59,108 nt of DNA from Macrostomum lignano (lineage: Eukaryota): assembly GCA_002269645.1 (NCBI GenBank), contig NIVC01002625.1:1-59108 (forward strand). Direction: 5' to 3'. Within the stretch, counting starts at the first letter, position 1, and the number at the start of each line of letters is the position of its first letter. The translations under genes were made by a program, and so were the position numbers. Shown in pieces: positions 44,301 through 53,300 of this stretch. Below the pieces are notes generated by a model. It searched no databases and had not been told where the DNA came from. It worked only from the letters and a program-made list of their open reading frames with translations.

Positions 44301-47300
44301 CCAGCTGACGCACTCTTCCGCGTACACGTACATCTTGTCGAAGGCTTCGTGCTCCTGCAACAAGCCTCGCTCATCAGGCACTGGCAGGTCGGCTTCTTCT
44401 GCGGATGGCTTCTTCTTCGCCTCTTCCTCAACGGCCTCGAAGAAGTGCTTCTTCTCCTCTCGCCGCCAGAGCTCTTCCTCCCTAGCCAGTGCTGGTGGTA
44501 CACGCTCCTCCTCGAAGTGGGCCGCCTCCTCCTCCCAGCTGACGCACTCTTCCGCGTACACGTACATCTTGTCGAAGGCTTCGTGCTCCTGCAACAAGCC
44601 TCGCTCATCAGGCACTGGCAGGTCGGCTTCTTCTGCGGATGGCTTCTTCTTCGCCTCTTCCTCAACGGCCTCGAAGAAGTGCTTCTTCTCCTCTCGCCGC
44701 CAGAGCTCTTCCTCCCTAGCCAGTGCTGGTGGTACACGCTCCTCCTCGAAGTGGGCCGCCTCCTCCTCCCAGCTGACGCACTCTTCCGCGTACACGTACA
44801 TCTTGTCGAAGGCTTCGTGCTCCTGCAACAAGCCTCGCTCATCAGGCACTGGCAGGTCGGCTTCTTCTGCGGATGGCTTCTTCTTCGCCTCTTCCTCAAC
44901 GGCCTCGAAGAAGTGCTTCTTCTCCTCTCGCCGCCAGAGCTCTTCCTCCCTAGCCAGTGCTGGTGGTACACGCTCCTCCTCGAAGTGGGCCGCCTCCTCC
45001 TCCCAGCTGACGCACTCTTCCGCGTACACGTACATCTTGTCGAAGGCTTCGTGCTCCTGCAACAAGCCTCGCTCATCAGGCACTGGCAGGTCGGCTTCTT
45101 CTGCGGATGGCTTCTTCTTCGCCTCTTCCTCAACGGCCTCGAAGAAGTGCTTCTTCTCCTCTCGCCGCCAGAGCTCTTCCTCCCTAGCCAGTGCTGGTGG
45201 TACACGCTCCTCCTCGAAGTGGGCCGCCTCCTCCTCCCAGCTGACGCACTCTTCCGCGTACACGTACATCTTGTCGAAGGCTTCGTGCTCCTGCAACAAG
45301 CCTCGCTCATCAGGCACTGGCAGGTCGGCTTCTTCTGCGGATGGCTTCTTCTTCGCCTCTTCCTCAACGGCCTCGAAGAAGTGCTTCTTCTCCTCTCGCC
45401 GCCAGAGCTCTTCCTCCCTAGCCAGTGCTGGTGGTACACGCTCCTCCTCGAAGTGGGCCGCCTCCTCCTCCCAGCTGACGCACTCTTCCGCGTACACGTA
45501 CATCTTGTCGAAGGCTTCGTGCTCCTGCAACAAGCCTCGCTCATCAGGCACTGGCAGGTCGGCTTCTTCTGCGGATGGCTTCTTCTTCGCCTCTTCCTCA
45601 ACGGCCTCGAAGAAGTGCTTCTTCTCCTCTCGCCGCCAGAGCTCTTCCTCCCTAGCCAGTGCTGGTGGTACACGCTCCTCCTCGAAGTGGGCCGCCTCCT
45701 CCTCCCAGCTGACGCACTCTTCCGCGTACACGTACATCTTGTCGAAGGCTTCGTGCTCCTGCAACAAGCCTCGCTCATCAGGCACTGGCAGGTCGGCTTC
45801 TTCTGCGGATGGCTTCTTCTTCGCCTCTTCCTCAACGGCCTCGAAGAAGTGCTTCTTCTCCTCTCGCCGCCAGAGCTCTTCCTCCCTAGCCAGTGCTGGT
45901 GGTACACGCTCCTCCTCGAAGTGGGCCGCCTCCTCCTCCCAGCTGACGCACTCTTCCGCGTACACGTACATCTTGTCGAAGGCTTCGTGCTCCTGCAACA
46001 AGCCTCGCTCATCAGGCACTGGCAGGTCGGCTTCTTCTGCGGATGGCTTCTTCTTCGCCTCTTCCTCAACGGCCTCGAAGAAGTGCTTCTTCTCCTCTCG
46101 CCGCCAGAGCTCTTCCTCCCTAGCCAGTGCTGGTGGTACACGCTCCTCCTCGAAGTGGGCCGCCTCCTCCTCCCAGCTGACGCACTCTTCCGCGTACACG
46201 TACATCTTGTCGAAGGCTTCGTGCTCCTGCAACAAGCCTCGCTCATCAGGCACTGGCAGGTCGGCTTCTTCTGCGGATGGCTTCTTCTTCGCCTCTTCCT
46301 CAACGGCCTCGAAGAAGTGCTTCTTCTCCTCTCGCCGCCAGAGCTCTTCCTCCCTAGCCAGTGCTGGTGGTACACGCTCCTCCTCGAAGTGGGCCGCCTC
46401 CTCCTCCCAGCTGACGCACTCTTCCGCGTACACGTACATCTTGTCGAAGGCTTCGTGCTCCTGCAACAAGCCTCGCTCATCAGGCACTGGCAGGTCGGCT
46501 TCTTCTGCGGATGGCTTCTTCTTCGCCTCTTCCTCAACGGCCTCGAAGAAGTGCTTCTTCTCCTCTCGCCGCCAGAGCTCTTCCTCCCTAGCCAGTGCTG
46601 GTGGTACACGCTCCTCCTCGAAGTGGGCCGCCTCCTCCTCCCAGCTGACGCACTCTTCCGCGTACACGTACATCTTGTCGAAGGCTTCGTGCTCCTGCAA
46701 CAAGCCTCGCTCATCAGGCACTGGCAGGTCGGCTTCTTCTGCGGATGGCTTCTTCTTCGCCTCTTCCTCAACGGCCTCGAAGAAGTGCTTCTTCTCCTCT
46801 CGCCGCCAGAGCTCTTCCTCCCTAGCCAGTGCTGGTGGTACACGCTCCTCCTCGAAGTGGGCCGCCTCCTCCTCCCAGCTGACGCACTCTTCCGCGTACA
46901 CGTACATCTTGTCGAAGGCTTCGTGCTCCTGCAACAAGCCTCGCTCATCAGGCACTGGCAGGTCGGCTTCTTCTGCGGATGGCTTCTTCTTCGCCTCTTC
47001 CTCAACGGCCTCGAAGAAGTGCTTCTTCTCCTCTCGCCGCCAGAGCTCTTCCTCCCTAGCCAGTGCTGGTGGTACACGCTCCTCCTCGAAGTGGGCCGCC
47101 TCCTCCTCCCAGCTGACGCACTCTTCCGCGTACACGTACATCTTGTCGAAGGCTTCGTGCTCCTGCAACAAGCCTCGCTCATCAGGCACTGGCAGGTCGG
47201 CTTCTTCTGCGGATGGCTTCTTCTTCGCCTCTTCCTCAACGGCCTCGAAGAAGTGCTTCTTCTCCTCTCGCCGCCAGAGCTCTTCCTCCCTAGCCAGTGC

Positions 47301-50300
47301 TGGTGGTACACGCTCCTCCTCGAAGTGGGCCGCCTCCTCCTCCCAGCTGACGCACTCTTCCGCGTACACGTACATCTTGTCGAAGGCTTCGTGCTCCTGC
47401 AACAAGCCTCGCTCATCAGGCACTGGCAGGTCGGCTTCTTCTGCGGATGGCTTCTTCTTCGCCTCTTCCTCAACGGCCTCGAAGAAGTGCTTCTTCTCCT
47501 CTCGCCGCCAGAGCTCTTCCTCCCTAGCCAGTGCTGGTGGTACACGCTCCTCCTCGAAGTGGGCCGCCTCCTCCTCCCAGCTGACGCACTCTTCCGCGTA
47601 CACGTACATCTTGTCGAAGGCTTCGTGCTCCTGCAACAAGCCTCGCTCATCAGGCACTGGCAGGTCGGCTTCTTCTGCGGATGGCTTCTTCTTCGCCTCT
47701 TCCTCAACGGCCTCGAAGAAGTGCTTCTTCTCCTCTCGCCGCCAGAGCTCTTCCTCCCTAGCCAGTGCTGGTGGTACACGCTCCTCCTCGAAGTGGGCCG
47801 CCTCCTCCTCCCAGCTGACGCACTCTTCCGCGTACACGTACATCTTGTCGAAGGCTTCGTGCTCCTGCAACAAGCCTCGCTCATCAGGCACTGGCAGGTC
47901 GGCTTCTTCTGCGGATGGCTTCTTCTTCGCCTCTTCCTCAACGGCCTCGAAGAAGTGCTTCTTCTCCTCTCGCCGCCAGAGCTCTTCCTCCCTAGCCAGT
48001 GCTGGTGGTACACGCTCCTCCTCGAAGTGGGCCGCCTCCTCCTCCCAGCTGACGCACTCTTCCGCGTACACGTACATCTTGTCGAAGGCTTCGTGCTCCT
48101 GCAACAAGCCTCGCTCATCAGGCACTGGCAGGTCGGCTTCTTCTGCGGATGGCTTCTTCTTCGCCTCTTCCTCAACGGCCTCGAAGAAGTGCTTCTTCTC
48201 CTCTCGCCGCCAGAGCTCTTCCTCCCTAGCCAGTGCTGGTGGTACACGCTCCTCCTCGAAGTGGGCCGCCTCCTCCTCCCAGCTGACGCACTCTTCCGCG
48301 TACACGTACATCTTGTCGAAGGCTTCGTGCTCCTGCAACAAGCCTCGCTCATCAGGCACTGGCAGGTCGGCTTCTTCTGCGGATGGCTTCTTCTTCGCCT
48401 CTTCCTCAACGGCCTCGAAGAAGTGCTTCTTCTCCTCTCGCCGCCAGAGCTCTTCCTCCCTAGCCAGTGCTGGTGGTACACGCTCCTCCTCGAAGTGGGC
48501 CGCCTCCTCCTCCCAGCTGACGCACTCTTCCGCGTACACGTACATCTTGTCGAAGGCTTCGTGCTCCTGCAACAAGCCTCGCTCATCAGGCACTGGCAGG
48601 TCGGCTTCTTCTGCGGATGGCTTCTTCTTCGCCTCTTCCTCAACGGCCTCGAAGAAGTGCTTCTTCTCCTCTCGCCGCCAGAGCTCTTCCTCCCTAGCCA
48701 GTGCTGGTGGTACACGCTCCTCCTCGAAGTGGGCCGCCTCCTCCTCCCAGCTGACGCACTCTTCCGCGTACACGTACATCTTGTCGAAGGCTTCGTGCTC
48801 CTGCAACAAGCCTCGCTCATCAGGCACTGGCAGGTCGGCTTCTTCTGCGGATGGCTTCTTCTTCGCCTCTTCCTCAACGGCCTCGAAGAAGTGCTTCTTC
48901 TCCTCTCGCCGCCAGAGCTCTTCCTCCCTAGCCAGTGCTGGTGGTACACGCTCCTCCTCGAAGTGGGCCGCCTCCTCCTCCCAGCTGACGCACTCTTCCG
49001 CGTACACGTACATCTTGTCGAAGGCTTCGTGCTCCTGCAACAAGCCTCGCTCATCAGGCACTGGCAGGTCGGCTTCTTCTGCGGATGGCTTCTTCTTCGC
49101 CTCTTCCTCAACGGCCTCGAAGAAGTGCTTCTTCTCCTCTCGCCGCCAGAGCTCTTCCTCCCTAGCCAGTGCTGGTGGTACACGCTCCTCCTCGAAGTGG
49201 GCCGCCTCCTCCTCCCAGCTGACGCACTCTTCCGCGTACACGTACATCTTGTCGAAGGCTTCGTGCTCCTGCAACAAGCCTCGCTCATCAGGCACTGGCA
49301 GGTCGGCTTCTTCTGCGGATGGCTTCTTCTTCGCCTCTTCCTCAACGGCCTCGAAGAAGTGCTTCTTCTCCTCTCGCCGCCAGAGCTCTTCCTCCCTAGC
49401 CAGTGCTGGTGGTACACGCTCCTCCTCGAAGTGGGCCGCCTCCTCCTCCCAGCTGACGCACTCTTCCGCGTACACGTACATCTTGTCGAAGGCTTCGTGC
49501 TCCTGCAACAAGCCTCGCTCATCAGGCACTGGCAGGTCGGCTTCTTCTGCGGATGGCTTCTTCTTCGCCTCTTCCTCAACGGCCTCGAAGAAGTGCTTCT
49601 TCTCCTCTCGCCGCCAGAGCTCTTCCTCCCTAGCCAGTGCTGGTGGTACACGCTCCTCCTCGAAGTGGGCCGCCTCCTCCTCCCAGCTGACGCACTCTTC
49701 CGCGTACACGTACATCTTGTCGAAGGCTTCGTGCTCCTGCAACAAGCCTCGCTCATCAGGCACTGGCAGGTCGGCTTCTTCTGCGGATGGCTTCTTCTTC
49801 GCCTCTTCCTCAACGGCCTCGAAGAAGTGCTTCTTCTCCTCTCGCCGCCAGAGCTCTTCCTCCCTAGCCAGTGCTGGTGGTACACGCTCCTCCTCGAAGT
49901 GGGCCGCCTCCTCCTCCCAGCTGACGCACTCTTCCGCGTACACGTACATCTTGTCGAAGGCTTCGTGCTCCTGCAACAAGCCTCGCTCATCAGGCACTGG
50001 CAGGTCGGCTTCTTCTGCGGATGGCTTCTTCTTCGCCTCTTCCTCAACGGCCTCGAAGAAGTGCTTCTTCTCCTCTCGCCGCCAGAGCTCTTCCTCCCTA
50101 GCCAGTGCTGGTGGTACACGCTCCTCCTCGAAGTGGGCCGCCTCCTCCTCCCAGCTGACGCACTCTTCCGCGTACACGTACATCTTGTCGAAGGCTTCGT
50201 GCTCCTGCAACAAGCCTCGCTCATCAGGCACTGGCAGGTCGGCTTCTTCTGCGGATGGCTTCTTCTTCGCCTCTTCCTCAACGGCCTCGAAGAAGTGCTT

Positions 50301-53300
50301 CTTCTCCTCTCGCCGCCAGAGCTCTTCCTCCCTAGCCAGTGCTGGTGGTACACGCTCCTCCTCGAAGTGGGCCGCCTCCTCCTCCCAGCTGACGCACTCT
50401 TCCGCGTACACGTACATCTTGTCGAAGGCTTCGTGCTCCTGCAACAAGCCTCGCTCATCAGGCACTGGCAGGTCGGCTTCTTCTGCGGATGGCTTCTTCT
50501 TCGCCTCTTCCTCAACGGCCTCGAAGAAGTGCTTCTTCTCCTCTCGCCGCCAGAGCTCTTCCTCCCTAGCCAGTGCTGGTGGTACACGCTCCTCCTCGAA
50601 GTGGGCCGCCTCCTCCTCCCAGCTGACGCACTCTTCCGCGTACACGTACATCTTGTCGAAGGCTTCGTGCTCCTGCAACAAGCCTCGCTCATCAGGCACT
50701 GGCAGGTCGGCTTCTTCTGCGGATGGCTTCTTCTTCGCCTCTTCCTCAACGGCCTCGAAGAAGTGCTTCTTCTCCTCTCGCCGCCAGAGCTCTTCCTCCC
50801 TAGCCAGTGCTGGTGGTACACGCTCCTCCTCGAAGTGGGCCGCCTCCTCCTCCCAGCTGACGCACTCTTCCGCGTACACGTACATCTTGTCGAAGGCTTC
50901 GTGCTCCTGCAACAAGCCTCGCTCATCAGGCACTGGCAGGTCGGCTTCTTCTGCGGATGGCTTCTTCTTCGCCTCTTCCTCAACGGCCTCGAAGAAGTGC
51001 TTCTTCTCCTCTCGCCGCCAGAGCTCTTCCTCCCTAGCCAGTGCTGGTGGTACACGCTCCTCCTCGAAGTGGGCCGCCTCCTCCTCCCAGCTGACGCACT
51101 CTTCCGCGTACACGTACATCTTGTCGAAGGCTTCGTGCTCCTGCAACAAGCCTCGCTCATCAGGCACTGGCAGGTCGGCTTCTTCTGCGGATGGCTTCTT
51201 CTTCGCCTCTTCCTCAACGGCCTCGAAGAAGTGCTTCTTCTCCTCTCGCCGCCAGAGCTCTTCCTCCCTAGCCAGTGCTGGTGGTACACGCTCCTCCTCG
51301 AAGTGGGCCGCCTCCTCCTCCCAGCTGACGCACTCTTCCGCGTACACGTACATCTTGTCGAAGGCTTCGTGCTCCTGCAACAAGCCTCGCTCATCAGGCA
51401 CTGGCAGGTCGGCTTCTTCTGCGGATGGCTTCTTCTTCGCCTCTTCCTCAACGGCCTCGAAGAAGTGCTTCTTCTCCTCTCGCCGCCAGAGCTCTTCCTC
51501 CCTAGCCAGTGCTGGTGGTACACGCTCCTCCTCGAAGTGGGCCGCCTCCTCCTCCCAGCTGACGCACTCTTCCGCGTACACGTACATCTTGTCGAAGGCT
51601 TCGTGCTCCTGCAACAAGCCTCGCTCATCAGGCACTGGCAGGTCGGCTTCTTCTGCGGATGGCTTCTTCTTCGCCTCTTCCTCAACGGCCTCGAAGAAGT
51701 GCTTCTTCTCCTCTCGCCGCCAGAGCTCTTCCTCCCTAGCCAGTGCTGGTGGTACACGCTCCTCCTCGAAGTGGGCCGCCTCCTCCTCCCAGCTGACGCA
51801 CTCTTCCGCGTACACGTACATCTTGTCGAAGGCTTCGTGCTCCTGCAACAAGCCTCGCTCATCAGGCACTGGCAGGTCGGCTTCTTCTGCGGATGGCTTC
51901 TTCTTCGCCTCTTCCTCAACGGCCTCGAAGAAGTGCTTCTTCTCCTCTCGCCGCCAGAGCTCTTCCTCCCTAGCCAGTGCTGGTGGTACACGCTCCTCCT
52001 CGAAGTGGGCCGCCTCCTCCTCCCAGCTGACGCACTCTTCCGCGTACACGTACATCTTGTCGAAGGCTTCGTGCTCCTGCAACAAGCCTCGCTCATCAGG
52101 CACTGGCAGGTCGGCTTCTTCTGCGGATGGCTTCTTCTTCGCCTCTTCCTCAACGGCCTCGAAGAAGTGCTTCTTCTCCTCTCGCCGCCAGAGCTCTTCC
52201 TCCCTAGCCAGTGCTGGTGGTACACGCTCCTCCTCGAAGTGGGCCGCCTCCTCCTCCCAGCTGACGCACTCTTCCGCGTACACGTACATCTTGTCGAAGG
52301 CTTCGTGCTCCTGCAACAAGCCTCGCTCATCAGGCACTGGCAGGTCGGCTTCTTCTGCGGATGGCTTCTTCTTCGCCTCTTCCTCAACGGCCTCGAAGAA
52401 GTGCTTCTTCTCCTCTCGCCGCCAGAGCTCTTCCTCCCTAGCCAGTGCTGGTGGTACACGCTCCTCCTCGAAGTGGGCCGCCTCCTCCTCCCAGCTGACG
52501 CACTCTTCCGCGTACACGTACATCTTGTCGAAGGCTTCGTGCTCCTGCAACAAGCCTCGCTCATCAGGCACTGGCAGGTCGGCTTCTTCTGCGGATGGCT
52601 TCTTCTTCGCCTCTTCCTCAACGGCCTCGAAGAAGTGCTTCTTCTCCTCTCGCCGCCAGAGCTCTTCCTCCCTAGCCAGTGCTGGTGGTACACGCTCCTC
52701 CTCGAAGTGGGCCGCCTCCTCCTCCCAGCTGACGCACTCTTCCGCGTACACGTACATCTTGTCGAAGGCTTCGTGCTCCTGCAACAAGCCTCGCTCATCA
52801 GGCACTGGCAGGTCGGCTTCTTCTGCGGATGGCTTCTTCTTCGCCTCTTCCTCAACGGCCTCGAAGAAGTGCTTCTTCTCCTCTCGCCGCCAGAGCTCTT
52901 CCTCCCTAGCCAGTGCTGGTGGTACACGCTCCTCCTCGAAGTGGGCCGCCTCCTCCTCCCAGCTGACGCACTCTTCCGCGTACACGTACATCTTGTCGAA
53001 GGCTTCGTGCTCCTGCAACAAGCCTCGCTCATCAGGCACTGGCAGGTCGGCTTCTTCTGCGGATGGCTTCTTCTTCGCCTCTTCCTCAACGGCCTCGAAG
53101 AAGTGCTTCTTCTCCTCTCGCCGCCAGAGCTCTTCCTCCCTAGCCAGTGCTGGTGGTACACGCTCCTCCTCGAAGTGGGCCGCCTCCTCCTCCCAGCTGA
53201 CGCACTCTTCCGCGTACACGTACATCTTGTCGAAGGCTTCGTGCTCCTGCAACAAGCCTCGCTCATCAGGCACTGGCAGGTCGGCTTCTTCTGCGGATGG